From the NCBI GenBank assembly GCA_965223905.1, contig CBDCXV010000011.1, positions 832,001-896,000 on the forward strand: 64,000 nt of DNA. The letters run 5' to 3'. This DNA is from Candidatus Latescibacterota bacterium (lineage in GTDB: Bacteria > Latescibacterota > UBA2968 > UBA8231). Each line of letters begins with the position of its first letter. Positions within the stretch are counted from its first letter, which is position 1. Both the position numbers and the translations under genes were made by a program. The notes beneath the pieces were generated by a model that did no database searches, was not told the DNA's origin, and was given only the letters and a program-made list of their open reading frames with translations. Below, piece after piece: positions 32,743 through 42,590 of the stretch.

Positions 32743-33139
32743 GTGTACCTCCTTCGCTGGCCTGCCCGGGGCCGAGCGCAAGACCGATGGCGAGAATGTG
32801 CTATTGTCGGCCGGAACACAATCCAACAGCGGGCTGCAACGGCCTCATGGCGCGGTGGCAGGTCGCCCAGGTGAACTCCACATTGCGGCGTTCCTCTCAT
32901 TGAGCCCTGTTTTCCTATCTTCACGGCTACTTCACTATGCTGCGGGAAACCCGGTCCGGGCATAGAATCAAACCCGGATACAGCAACAAAGTCCAACGGC
33001 GATGGGGAAACAGGACAGCGCTGTTCAGCAGACGTATGACCACATCGAGTCCGCCTCGCCCCTGCTCTCGGAGCCGGGATCGAAGGCGTCGATCTCTCGC
33101 AGCCTCTGGCCGATGGCGTTGCCACCGTGACCCTTGAGA

Positions 33140-33904
33140 ATGAGAAGCTTCATGACCCTGATCAGCACTGAAGATGTCGAGCAGTTTCGCGACCTGGGTT
33201 TTTTCGTCACCGGCGTCGTTTTCTCTCCCGAAGAGCTCGAGCCGATGGCCGCGGAAATGGACCGGGTGTACTCCGATCATGTACGCGAGGCGGAGGCCCT
33301 TGGGGATGCCCCGGCGGTGGAAAGCGCTCGCGGACGCCGCTCCTTCAGCCAGTTTCACATCTTGAGCCCTGTGGCCTTCCAGTTCCTCAAGAAGCCGATT
33401 TACCTGGAAGCCTGCCGCCGCCTCATAGGGGAGGATGCCGATCTCTACTACAACCAAGCGACGACAAAAATGCCCGAGGGTCGCGGCAAGGTTTTCGACT
33501 GGCACCAGGATTCAGGTTATACGCCGACGGAACCCCTGGAATACATCACCTGCTGGACGGCGATCTCCGATTCCGACCTGGAGAACGGCTGCATTTGGAT
33601 CATACCCGGATCCCACAAGCGCGGTGTTCTGGAGCACGTGCAGGAAGAGGAGGACGAGCAACGCTACGCAGGCAGAAACGCCCGGGTGGATGACGACGGG
33701 GCGATTCCCGTGGAGATGCGCGCCGGCCAGGTGGCGGTGTTCTCCTCGCTGCTGCTGCATCGCAGCGGGCCCAATACCTCCAGGGACCGGCCGCGGCGGG
33801 CTTACGTGCCCCAGTATCACGTGCCCGACCTGATCCTGGTGCGCACCGGCGAGCCCTGGGGGGATCGGCTGCCGGTGCTGCGGGGCGGCGAGGCGGTGCC
33901 GTAG
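33140..33904 (+). CDS. PhyH family dioxygenase
   Basis: QFRDLGFF, WHQDSGY, ENGCIWIIPGSH, LLHRSGPN..RRAY; start uncertain. Confidence 0.92.
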   Translation: MRSFMTLISTEDVEQFRDLGFFVTGVVFSPEELEPMAAEMDRVYSDHVREAEALGDAPAVESARGRRSFSQFHILSPVAFQFLKKPIYLEACRRLIGEDADLYYNQATTKMPEGRGKVFDWHQDSGYTPTEPLEYITCWTAISDSDLENGCIWIIPGSHKRGVLEHVQEEEDEQRYAGRNARVDDDGAIPVEMRAGQVAVFSSLLLHRSGPNTSRDRPRRAYVPQYHVPDLILVRTGEPWGDRLPVLRGGEAVP

Positions 33905-34263
33905 CGGGAGGTGGTTGGCGCCAAGGGCCTGGCTCTAACTGCTTGAAACCTGAACCCCGGCATGTGAAACCGGGGTTGAAATCCATGTGCCGGAGCCCCT
34001 GCTCCGTCTCCGGCGGAAAAACGTTGGTGCCCCAAGGAGCTCGGAACTGCCGACGGGCACCTGTCCCCCTTCCCCTCGGGGTTTTCGCCCACGCCCGGTT
34101 TCCTCAAGCCTCCCGCGAACCACCTCCTCCAACGGCGCCGGTGCCATGCCACCTCACCTTCGAATGGCCCCAAGCCGTGTGACCAAAAGGCGGCCTTCCC
34201 GCGGGTCGATGGAGCCGAACCGGCAACCATCTTCACCATGGATCAGTTTGGAAAAAACCACGT

Positions 34264-36702
34264 ATGAGTGGGAATAGAGCAAGGATCCCAGTCTCCAGAC
34301 TCTGTCTGGTAGTATGCCTCGTACTGGGCTGCGCCCTGCGCTTTGCAGGGTTGACCCGGGGGGACAGCTCCTTCGTCCTGCCCGGACCTGACCAGTCGGC
34401 CGAGGGGATGGCGTTCTACCATTTCCATCCCGACGAAACCACTTTGGTCGGGGCTGCCCTGGGTCCCATCGACCCGTTCGCCCCAGAGCTGACCAGCTAC
34501 GGCACGCTTCCTGTCTACCTCTTGCGAGGCGTCCTCGAGCTGAACCGGATCGTCCTGGGCCGCGACTTCAAAACCCAGGAATCCCCGGAGGACGTCCGCT
34601 ATGTCTATCTCACCGCTCGCATCCTGGCGGTTCTGGTCTCCTGTCTGACGCTTTACCTGGTATGGCTGGCAGGTCTCCGCTGGTTCGGCGAGCTGACCGG
34701 GCTGCTAGGTGTCTTCATCGTTGCCGTAGCCCCGCTGGCGATCCAGCTCGCCCATTTCTATACCGTCGACGGGCTGTTCGCTCTGCTGGTCCTTGGGGCG
34801 GTTCACGCCCTTTTGAATGCACTCGAACAGGATGACAGGCGGTGGTTCATATGGGCCGGTGTGCTGATAGGACTCAGTGGCACTGTACGCATGATCGGCT
34901 TGACGGTGGGGCTCGCGCTGCTGGCCGGCCACTTCATTCGCCAACGGCAACTCAAGGCGGCCCTGTCTCCCCAGGTCTGGCTGGCAGGCCTCGCCGCGGG
35001 GCTGTCACTGCTCGCGCTCCAGCCGTTTCTCGTTACGGATTGGGAGCTGATTTTCCGGGAACGATCGGTATTCGACCTGGGCGGCGCCGTGGAAGTTGCC
35101 CAAGGGAAACGCCTCATGGGCTGGAGCCTGGTAGATGTCCACACCGTCCCGTACCTGCATCACTGGACCCACCTGTTGCCCTTGGGAGTGGGTTGGCCCC
35201 TTACCATCCTCTTCGTTCTCGGGATTTTCCTGGGCCTTTGGAAAAGAAACCGAAACAATGGACTGATCCTTCTTTGGGCGGGGATCTACTTCATCCTGAT
35301 CGGCGGATTGCATACAAAACCGATACGATATCTTCTGCCCCTGCTCCCCTTCCTCGCCCTGTTGGCAGCCGATTCCTGCGTCTGGATCATCCGCTCTACC
35401 CGCTTCACCCTGGTGCGCAAGCTCGCCGTCGGCATCTGCGCCGCGGTGTTCCTGTACAGCGCGCTGTACGGCGTCGCCTTTGCCAGCCTCTACACCCGGG
35501 AGGACAGCCGCATCCAGACTGCCCGCTGGATAGACGACAATGTCCCGGCCAACAGCAGTATCGGAGTCGAACGGGGCGCCTTCTCCATGCGGGGCATGAT
35601 CGATCCCGCAAAATTCCACATCGGTGCTTTCCAAACCTTGATGCTCTTCGAATTCCGCGGATTCGCGACCTGCAAAGGAGAGCTCTATTGGCTGAAGAGG
35701 CAGTTGGACGCTCTGGACTATATCGTCATTACCGACGTCAACCGCTACCAGCATTTCACCGCCGTCCCGGAGCTGATTCCGGGCGGGGCAGCATTTTACC
35801 AGGCGCTTGTGGAGGGCGATCTGGGGTTCGACCTGGTCCGCCGTTTCAAACATTACCCCTCCATCGGCGGCCTGGAATTCCGGGACGATGGAAGCGAACC
35901 GTCGTTCACCGGCTTCGACCACCCGGCTGTCATGGTCTTCAGAAAGGATGAAACAGTGTGGCAAGCAGCCTGGACGCATTTTCAGGAGCGGATGCCGACA
36001 AGCCCGAATTGTGCCGATCCTTTTCTGGAAACCGCGGCTTCTGCCCTTCGGGAAGGGGACCTCAACGCAAGCCTGCAGGCGATCTCAGAAGCGAAAAGGC
36101 AGTTGCCCCAGTCGAAGGTTGCCCATCTCGTCGAAGCAGAGGTTCTCAGGCGGATGGGGCAGTCAGACAAGGAGGCCACTGAACGGTACCAAACCGGGAC
36201 CGTGGATCGCTTCCGGTATCTTAATTTCTGGGCTAGTGGAATGAGTCTGGTCGAACTTGGCTTGCCCGGCTTGTCCTTTTCCGTACTCGAGGAAGGGGCT
36301 CGCAAAGCCTCTCAATCCACCAGCGATACATCCTGGTTGGCGAACCAATATTCAATTCTATCCCTGAATCTATACGACCGCGGAGCAAAGGTAACCGCCA
36401 CCGAACTTCTGTTGTTGTCAACCCGGATTCATCCACTTCCCAAGGCGTACAATTTCCTGTCACTTATCGCACTTCGCGAGAACAGCCAGGGGAAAGCTGC
36501 AGAGTTTCTCGAGCAGTCCTTGCAGTTGGACGACAAACAAGCGCGCGTGCACGGGGGTTTAGGGCAGATCTTGGCCCCCATCCCGAATCGTCGGGACAAG
36601 GCGTTGTTCCACCTCCAAAGAGCCATCGAGCTAGACCCCGGGCTGGAACCGGAACTGGCACAGTGGATCGAGGCATTGGAGGCAGGAAACACGGATTTGT
36701 AA
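34264..36702 (+). CDS. GT-C fold glycosyltransferase (PMT/ArnT-like, GT39/83) with C-terminal TPRs
   Basis: ALRFAGL..FHPDE, QLAHFYTVD, RYLLPLLP, ~11 TMs, TPR-like LEQSLQLD and LQRAIELDP. Confidence 0.85.
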   Translation: MSGNRARIPVSRLCLVVCLVLGCALRFAGLTRGDSSFVLPGPDQSAEGMAFYHFHPDETTLVGAALGPIDPFAPELTSYGTLPVYLLRGVLELNRIVLGRDFKTQESPEDVRYVYLTARILAVLVSCLTLYLVWLAGLRWFGELTGLLGVFIVAVAPLAIQLAHFYTVDGLFALLVLGAVHALLNALEQDDRRWFIWAGVLIGLSGTVRMIGLTVGLALLAGHFIRQRQLKAALSPQVWLAGLAAGLSLLALQPFLVTDWELIFRERSVFDLGGAVEVAQGKRLMGWSLVDVHTVPYLHHWTHLLPLGVGWPLTILFVLGIFLGLWKRNRNNGLILLWAGIYFILIGGLHTKPIRYLLPLLPFLALLAADSCVWIIRSTRFTLVRKLAVGICAAVFLYSALYGVAFASLYTREDSRIQTARWIDDNVPANSSIGVERGAFSMRGMIDPAKFHIGAFQTLMLFEFRGFATCKGELYWLKRQLDALDYIVITDVNRYQHFTAVPELIPGGAAFYQALVEGDLGFDLVRRFKHYPSIGGLEFRDDGSEPSFTGFDHPAVMVFRKDETVWQAAWTHFQERMPTSPNCADPFLETAASALREGDLNASLQAISEAKRQLPQSKVAHLVEAEVLRRMGQSDKEATERYQTGTVDRFRYLNFWASGMSLVELGLPGLSFSVLEEGARKASQSTSDTSWLANQYSILSLNLYDRGAKVTATELLLLSTRIHPLPKAYNFLSLIALRENSQGKAAEFLEQSLQLDDKQARVHGGLGQILAPIPNRRDKALFHLQRAIELDPGLEPELAQWIEALEAGNTDL

Positions 36703-36971
36703 AGTCGTTCCCTCAGCCCTTCGCGGAACCTAAATCAGGACCCCCACTTGCAGTGCCCAGGACCTGAAAGGCCCTGGCTGAAATCGTCCGTTGTCGTCCT
36801 CCCGGGAGAGATGGTTGAGGTTGCAGGTCATCACCTCGACGTCTGCCGGACCGCACCTTCCCAGGGGATCGAGGACTCCGCTCGAAACTGCCGCCTGGAG
36901 GGATTGCACCCGTTCCGAAAGTCCGAGGCGCCCAGTGACCCGGCGCCGACAGGGCGAGCAGCGCAACACCC

Positions 36972-38153
36972 TCACGGCCTGCCGTCCTCCCGCTGGCCCG
37001 CAACCTTCAGGGAAGGGGCCGCTGTCTCGCCGCTCGGGGGCGGAAGGCAGGCGACCCGGTGGTACTCCTCGATCAGGCCGTCCAGAACCGCTTCCCAGCT
37101 TCGCCCCTCCGCCAGCGAGCGCGCCTTCGCCGACATCTCCCGGCGCCTCCCGAGGTCGTGGACCAGGCTGCGGACGCTGTCGCAGAATGCCTGCCGGCTG
37201 TGTGCTTCGAACAGGAAACCGGTTTCCCCGTTGCGGACGATGTCGACGACTCCTCCCGCTCTCGGGGCCACGACCGGAAGCCCGGAGGCCGCGGCTTCGA
37301 GTACGACGTTGCCGAAGGTCTCGCTGTCCGAAGGAAAGGCGAAGATGTCGGCGCTGGCGTAGGCGCTGGCTAGCTCCTCCCCCTGCAGGTATCCGGCGAA
37401 TACCGTCGGCGTTCCCGCGAAGGACCGCTCGAGCTCCTCCCGCGACGGGCCTCCGCCGACGATCGCCAGGCGCGCGCCGGGAAGCCCGGCGAGCAACGGG
37501 CGCAGCCAGTCGACGCGTTTCTCCGGGGCCAGTCTGCCGACGTAGAGGAGCAGAGGCGCCTGGGGATTGCCGCCCGTAAGACGATGGCGCCACTCCTGCG
37601 AGGCCTTGTCCGGGGAGAAGCGGTCCGCGTCGACGCCCCGCGTCCAGAGCTTGAGATGGGAGAATCCCCGCGCCTCGAGATCGGCAAGCGTCGCCGTGGA
37701 CGGACACAGGTTGAGCGCCGCCTTGTCGTGAACCCATCGCAGGTATCGCCACAGCGGCAGGGCCAGGGCGGGGAATCCGTAGGTGCGCGCGTACCCCGGC
37801 ACGTCGGTGTGATACGAGGCGACGACTGGAAAGCCCGACCTCTCCGCCCACCTGGTTCCGGCTACGCCGAGCAAGACCGGGTTGGCCACGTGTACGAGAT
37901 CGGGTCTGAAATCGAGCAGGGATGCACCGACGTCGGTGAAGGGGGAGACCACCCGCAGCTCTGGGTACATCGGCAGCCCGACTCCCCGGTGGTAGATCAC
38001 CCTGGCGGAAGCGAAGGTTTCCGGGCCCTTTCCCGGGGCGATGACGACCGCCTGATGCCCGCGTCTTTCCAGGTGCCGCAGGAGCTGGCAGAGGGTATTG
38101 ACCACCCCGTCGATCTTCGGCAGGAAGGTCTCCGTGAACAGCGCGATCTTCAT
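36972..38153 (-). CDS. GT4 glycosyltransferase (Agt/SqdX/MgtA-like)
   Basis: MKIALFTETFLPKIDGV, SYHTD, RGVD, YVGRLAPEK, SETFGNVVLEA. Confidence 0.92.
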   Translation of the reverse strand: MKIALFTETFLPKIDGVVNTLCQLLRHLERRGHQAVVIAPGKGPETFASARVIYHRGVGLPMYPELRVVSPFTDVGASLLDFRPDLVHVANPVLLGVAGTRWAERSGFPVVASYHTDVPGYARTYGFPALALPLWRYLRWVHDKAALNLCPSTATLADLEARGFSHLKLWTRGVDADRFSPDKASQEWRHRLTGGNPQAPLLLYVGRLAPEKRVDWLRPLLAGLPGARLAIVGGGPSREELERSFAGTPTVFAGYLQGEELASAYASADIFAFPSDSETFGNVVLEAAASGLPVVAPRAGGVVDIVRNGETGFLFEAHSRQAFCDSVRSLVHDLGRRREMSAKARSLAEGRSWEAVLDGLIEEYHRVACLPPPSGETAAPSLKVAGQREDGRP

Positions 38154-38165
38154 ATCCGGTTTCCG

Positions 38166-38614
38166 CTACCCCGCGGCGTCAAGATGATGAAAGGAGGGGG
38201 CAACCGCCGGCAGGTTCCCTCTCCTCTTCTTTTCAAGCGGATCAGGCCGACCCCGGAACCGGCTCGATCTCCGGCATCGGCAGGCGCGCGCCGGACCCCT
38301 GCGCCGGCGGGACCACCTGACCCAGTCCACGAGCTCGAGATTGCCCTCGAAATCCTCCAGGATCGCCGTGCAGCTTTCGACCCAGTCCCCGGTGTTGCAG
38401 TAGAGCACGTCGCCGCGGTTTTCCAGCGCAGCCATGGGGACGTGCCCGGCGAGGATGGCGTCGCATCTCCGGGCGGGGCCAGGCGGCACAGCTCCGCCAT
38501 GAAGCGTTCGACCGCTGCTCGGTTTCAACCTGTCCAGGAAGTCGTGAAGGAATTCCGTCTTGCAGTCCCTGGTTCCCAGGTGAAGGTCGGACAGAAACAG
38601 CGACCGGTAGGCCA
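38166..38614 (-). pseudogene. PlcP/LpxH-like metallophosphoesterase with a large internal deletion
   Basis: MAYRSLFLSDLHLGTRDCK joined almost directly to ILAGH..YCNTGDWVESCTAI; the central GD and GNHD motifs are absent. Confidence 0.75.
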
Positions 38615-38846
38615 TTGCATTCTTCCTGGTTGCGGTGGCTGGCCGCGGTGGAGGATCGCCTGCCGCTGGGCGGGGGAAGCCTTGGGCTGGGGAGATGGCC
38701 TGGCGACCGCGCGTATCGCTCAAGTGGTATTGTCAAGATACCGGCCCATTCACACGAACGTGTTCTCGTACGGCTTCGAACTCGTCAACGTTATGTGACA
38801 GCCGGGCGCCGCCGGGGTTTCCGGGATTTTCGAACCGGTCGATGAG

Positions 38847-40001
38847 TCATTGCGGTTGCGATTCGGTCACCGCCACCAGTATCCGGCGCACCCGTTCGCA
38901 GACCAGGTCCCAGGTGAACCTCTCCTCCACCCTCGACCTGCCCTGCCGGCCGAGCCGGTCCGCGTAGTCGCGATCGTTCAGCAGCTTCCGCACCGCCGCG
39001 GCTGCCTGGTCGGCGTTTCCGGGTTCGACGAGGAGACCGGTGCGGCCGTGCTCGACAGCGTCCGGGATTCCCCCCGAGCGGGTGCCGAGCACCGGCCTGC
39101 CGCAGGCCGAGGCGTCGAGAAAGGCGATACCCAGGCCTTCGACGTCCGCCCCGTCCCTCCTCGACAGCATCGCGAACAGGTCGCAGGCCCTGTAGTAGTC
39201 CGCCACCTCCTTCTCGTCGACCTTGCCGAGGAAGCGAATGCGCTCCCCCACTCCCAGTTCCCCCGCCAGCCTTGCGAGACGCTCCCGGTCCGGCCCGGTT
39301 CCCCCCACCAGACAGAGGAGGCCCTGCATATCCCCGAGCCTGGCCACGGCGCGGATAACGGTGTCGATTCCCTTGTGGGGAGTCAGCCGGCAGAGAGTGA
39401 AGAGGAGGTGCCTGCCCTGAAGATCCAGGCGCCGTCGGGCAGCGGCCCGGTCACCTGGACGATAGCGGTCGGGATCGGTGCCGCAGCCGACCACGGCGAT
39501 GCGATCGGCCGCCACTCCGTCGTCTGCGAGCAACCTCGCGGTGAACCTGCTGTTGGCACAGAGGCGGTCGCTGTTCCTCAGGGTCCATCGGCGCAGCAGT
39601 CCGTAGACCCTCCTGGCGACCTTGCCCGGGACCGGTTCGTGGAGGAGCTCCCTTCCGTGCGCCATGACCACGATCCGCCGGGGACCGCCGCAGAGCGCCC
39701 GGATCAACAGCGAAGGGACCGCAACCTGCCACTGCATGTGAACGGCTACGTCGGCGCGCCGGAAGAGGGCGTACCGGATCAGCGCCGGCAGAACGGCGAC
39801 TGCCAGCCACTCGGGGGGGCAGCGGACTCTCGTCGTCGGTACGCCGCTGCTGCTGTCGAAGACGCGGTCGCCGGGATGCGCCGGGGCCAGCACCCTCAGG
39901 CCGGAACACCGGCTCCTCAGCCTGCCGGCCAGCTCGCGGGAAAAGGTCTGAATCCCGCCGACTGCCGGGGGGTAGTCCTGGGTTAACAGCAGTGCTCGCA
40001 C
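38847..40001 (-). CDS. GT4 glycosyltransferase (PimB-like)
   Basis: DYPPAVGGIQ, AHGRE, RLTPHKG, DVEGLGIAFLDA, SGGIPDAV. Confidence 0.92.
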   Translation of the reverse strand: MRALLLTQDYPPAVGGIQTFSRELAGRLRSRCSGLRVLAPAHPGDRVFDSSSGVPTTRVRCPPEWLAVAVLPALIRYALFRRADVAVHMQWQVAVPSLLIRALCGGPRRIVVMAHGRELLHEPVPGKVARRVYGLLRRWTLRNSDRLCANSRFTARLLADDGVAADRIAVVGCGTDPDRYRPGDRAAARRRLDLQGRHLLFTLCRLTPHKGIDTVIRAVARLGDMQGLLCLVGGTGPDRERLARLAGELGVGERIRFLGKVDEKEVADYYRACDLFAMLSRRDGADVEGLGIAFLDASACGRPVLGTRSGGIPDAVEHGRTGLLVEPGNADQAAAAVRKLLNDRDYADRLGRQGRSRVEERFTWDLVCERVRRILVAVTESQPQ

Positions 40002-40010
40002 GGTGTCCGA

Positions 40011-40904
40011 CTAGGCTGCGGCCGGCGGCGGAGTTTTACGGCCGTCGAACGCGGTGGACGCCACCCGTTCGAGCAGCGCCGGCACCGGAGTCCAGAGCAG
40101 CAGCAGGATGCAGACGAAGGCGTCGAAGCGGATGTTCATCGCCGCGGTGACCCCGAGGTGCATGGCGACGAGGGCGGGGATGACGGCCACCCGGGCGCGG
40201 GGCAGCCAGAGCAGCGGTCCGCTCAGCTCGGCGAGCAGCCCGAACGCCAGGATGGCTGTTCCGGCCAGGGTGTGCGAGTCGGCCAGTTGCTGCAGCAGGT
40301 TGGGGGCGAAGGCGCCGTTCGTCGACAGCAGATCGACTCCCCTTTCGGCGATCCACATGCGCAGGTGGACGCCGTCGGCCCACCCCGGACCGGAGGCGAC
40401 CAGCTTGCAGACCGCCGCGGAGCCGTACCCCAGGCCGATGAAGAACCAGAGCAGGCCGATGCCGGCCCGTCGCTGCAGGCGCTCCTCGCGGAAGAGCAGC
40501 GCCCCGGCACCGAGGCAGACCAGGCTCATGCCGGTCAGGTTCGATCCGTGCGAGATCTCCCCCAGGCAGTAGCGCGAGGCGTACTGCAGGTGCAGCAGCA
40601 GGGCGCAGGGCAGGTAGGCCGCCTTGTGGACGGCGAAGGCGACGGCACACAGGGAGGTGATCGCCGCGGCGTTCCACAGCGACAGTCCGTTCTCCGACAT
40701 GAAGGAGAGGTCGGCGTGCTGGGCGATCCCGAGCGGAAGAACCGCCGCTTCGATCCGCGGTATGTAGAGGCCCCAGCTCCACGCGAACCAGCATGCCCAA
40801 CCGGCGACAGCGAGCTCGAGAAGCCGGAAGCGGAACCTTTCTCCTGCTGTTTCGTCTGTATGGAAATCGAAAATGCCGGGTTTCCACCATTCACCTGTTA
40901 GCAT
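40011..40904 (-). CDS. HTTM-like multi-pass membrane protein
   Basis: GEISHG, YGSAAVCKL..GWADG, ELSGP..MHLG..MNIRF pattern. Confidence 0.7.
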   Translation of the reverse strand: MLTGEWWKPGIFDFHTDETAGERFRFRLLELAVAGWACWFAWSWGLYIPRIEAAVLPLGIAQHADLSFMSENGLSLWNAAAITSLCAVAFAVHKAAYLPCALLLHLQYASRYCLGEISHGSNLTGMSLVCLGAGALLFREERLQRRAGIGLLWFFIGLGYGSAAVCKLVASGPGWADGVHLRMWIAERGVDLLSTNGAFAPNLLQQLADSHTLAGTAILAFGLLAELSGPLLWLPRARVAVIPALVAMHLGVTAAMNIRFDAFVCILLLLWTPVPALLERVASTAFDGRKTPPPAAA

Positions 40905-41394
40905 CGTATCCGCCTCCCAATGCCGGATTCAGACGCGCCCCGTCCGCAGTGAGACAGAGGATGGGGGTCGCCGAGACCCGTGGATGTCTTCCGGCGATGC
41001 CGCCGTCCACCCGGTACAGGATCAGGTCGCGTCCCCCGAGGTCTACCGCCGCGAACATCGACGCCAGTCCCTCGACGCTGGCCTGGTTCCACCGCGCCGT
41101 CTTGGCCGTGTAGTTGGCGAGGTCGTTCTGGAATACGCCGATGTCGCGCAGCGCCACCTGCCGTCCCGGCAGGGCGCTTATCTCCCTGGCTGCCCACAGG
41201 GAGTCGGGAACCTGCTCCACCTCCCGTACGAGCGCCCGCGTCCATGGGTGCCCCGCCCTCGAGAACATCGGGTAGATGCTGAACGGCCAGAACTCTCCGG
41301 CGTGGGCCGCACAGGTCAGGACATAGAGACCCAGCAGAAACAGCAGGGCGCAACGGGCCCTCCTCGGGACGTGTAACGAAATCGCCATTGTCAT
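40891..41394 (-). CDS. Membrane-anchored hypothetical protein (GEFWPFSIYPMFS), partner of the HTTM-like gene
   Basis: N-terminal TM followed by WPFSxYPM; overlaps the next gene by 14 nt; start may be 41388. Confidence 0.65.
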   Translation of the reverse strand: MTMAISLHVPRRARCALLFLLGLYVLTCAAHAGEFWPFSIYPMFSRAGHPWTRALVREVEQVPDSLWAAREISALPGRQVALRDIGVFQNDLANYTAKTARWNQASVEGLASMFAAVDLGGRDLILYRVDGGIAGRHPRVSATPILCLTADGARLNPALGGGYDANR

Positions 41395-41416
41395 CTCCCT
41401 GTCACGCCTCGTTAAC
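41388..41416 (+). promoter_or_regulatory. Pho-box-like tandem repeats in the divergent promoter region
   Basis: TTGTCATCTCC-CTGTCACGCCT-CGTTAAC: TGTCAT/TGTCAC/GTTAAC at 41389, 41400, 41411 (11-bp period). Confidence 0.6.
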
Positions 41417-41586
41417 GCCGTGTCGATACATACGGTTCCGGGGAGATTCCCCGGTTTCTCCTGACCGAGCGGGCTGAGGCAATCGCGGTTTCCAGGCTCA
41501 TCACCCCGGGACGCAGCTTCATCGATTCCTTCTGCCGCGGTCTGCGGCCTTTTTTCACACCGCTGAACATCCTCCTCACCCTGTCG

Positions 41587-42495
41587 ATGGGGAGCCTGCT
41601 GCTTTATCAGGTGCTGGAAATCGGCGCCGCCGAAGTGCTCGCATCGCTGCCGGACTCCCCCGCCTTCTACGCCATCTTCGCGGCGATGTTCGCGACCCTG
41701 CCGGCCTGCGAAGTCTGGATCTTCCGCATCCTGTGGGGACTTCCGGTGCGGCAGCTCGCTCCGGCCGCGGTGCGCCGCCGGATATTCAGCAGCCAGATTC
41801 TCGACTACTCCGGGGAGGCGTACGCGTACGTCTGGGCGAAGCGGAGGACCTCCCTTTCCGCGGCCGCCATCCTTCGCACTCTGAAGGACAACGTCCTTCT
41901 CTCCTCCATCGCCTCCACCCTGTTCGCCGTCGTCATCCTGGCGCTGCTCCTGGGAACCGGAGTCGTCGCTTCGCCCTGGTGGGGCTGGACCCCGTCCGGG
42001 ATCGAGGCGGCCGCGGCGGTCGCCGGCTCCGCGGGCCTCTCCCTCCTCCTCTGCCGCCGTTTTCTCAACCTCGGCTTCGGCACGGCGACCGCGGTGTTCG
42101 GCATTCACGCCCTCAGGCTCGTGCTCGTTCACGCCCTGCAGCTGCTGTTGTGGGTGTCCGCCGATCCCGGGGTGCCCCTTGAGTCCTGGATCTCCCTGCT
42201 CGCCGTGCAGATCGTCGTCGCCCGGATTCCCTTCCTGCCTGCCCGGGATCTGCTGTTTGCCAGTGCCGGGGTGTTCCTGGCCGCTCAGGTCGAAATCGCC
42301 TCCGCGGTGGTCGCTAGCGTCCTGCTGACCACGGTATTCCTCGACCGCGCGGTGAACCTGGTCGCCTGGTGCGCCCTGGCGATTCCCTTTCCCAGGCTGC
42401 TTCCGCAAGCGGCGCAGCCCGCCTCGCGGTTTCCGGCACGGGACCTCGAACCCGTGGAAGCGGCGCGCGAATGCCAGGTTGCTGCACGTCCGTAA
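41587..42495 (+). CDS. Multi-pass membrane protein (LPG-synthase TM/flippase-like)
   Basis: ~8 hydrophobic segments, YSGEAY..LKDN, RIPFLP motif; true start may lie upstream. Confidence 0.6.
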   Translation: MGSLLLYQVLEIGAAEVLASLPDSPAFYAIFAAMFATLPACEVWIFRILWGLPVRQLAPAAVRRRIFSSQILDYSGEAYAYVWAKRRTSLSAAAILRTLKDNVLLSSIASTLFAVVILALLLGTGVVASPWWGWTPSGIEAAAAVAGSAGLSLLLCRRFLNLGFGTATAVFGIHALRLVLVHALQLLLWVSADPGVPLESWISLLAVQIVVARIPFLPARDLLFASAGVFLAAQVEIASAVVASVLLTTVFLDRAVNLVAWCALAIPFPRLLPQAAQPASRFPARDLEPVEAARECQVAARP

Positions 42496-42590
42496 GCTCC
42501 CCATACACATCCCGAGGCGATTTCCAGGTCCGGTCGCCGCTGGCGGCTCTCACAACCCGCCTCCCACACCTTCCCATCATCGGAGCCACC

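Noticed and set aside
33953-33977. AACCCCGG-N9-CCGGGGTT hairpin after the PhyH gene
   Set aside because: Single copy with a weak U-tract; insufficient to call a repeat element or ncRNA.
36713-36970. Coding-like remnant downstream of the GT4 on the minus strand
   Set aside because: No recognisable family; too short and degraded to support a call.
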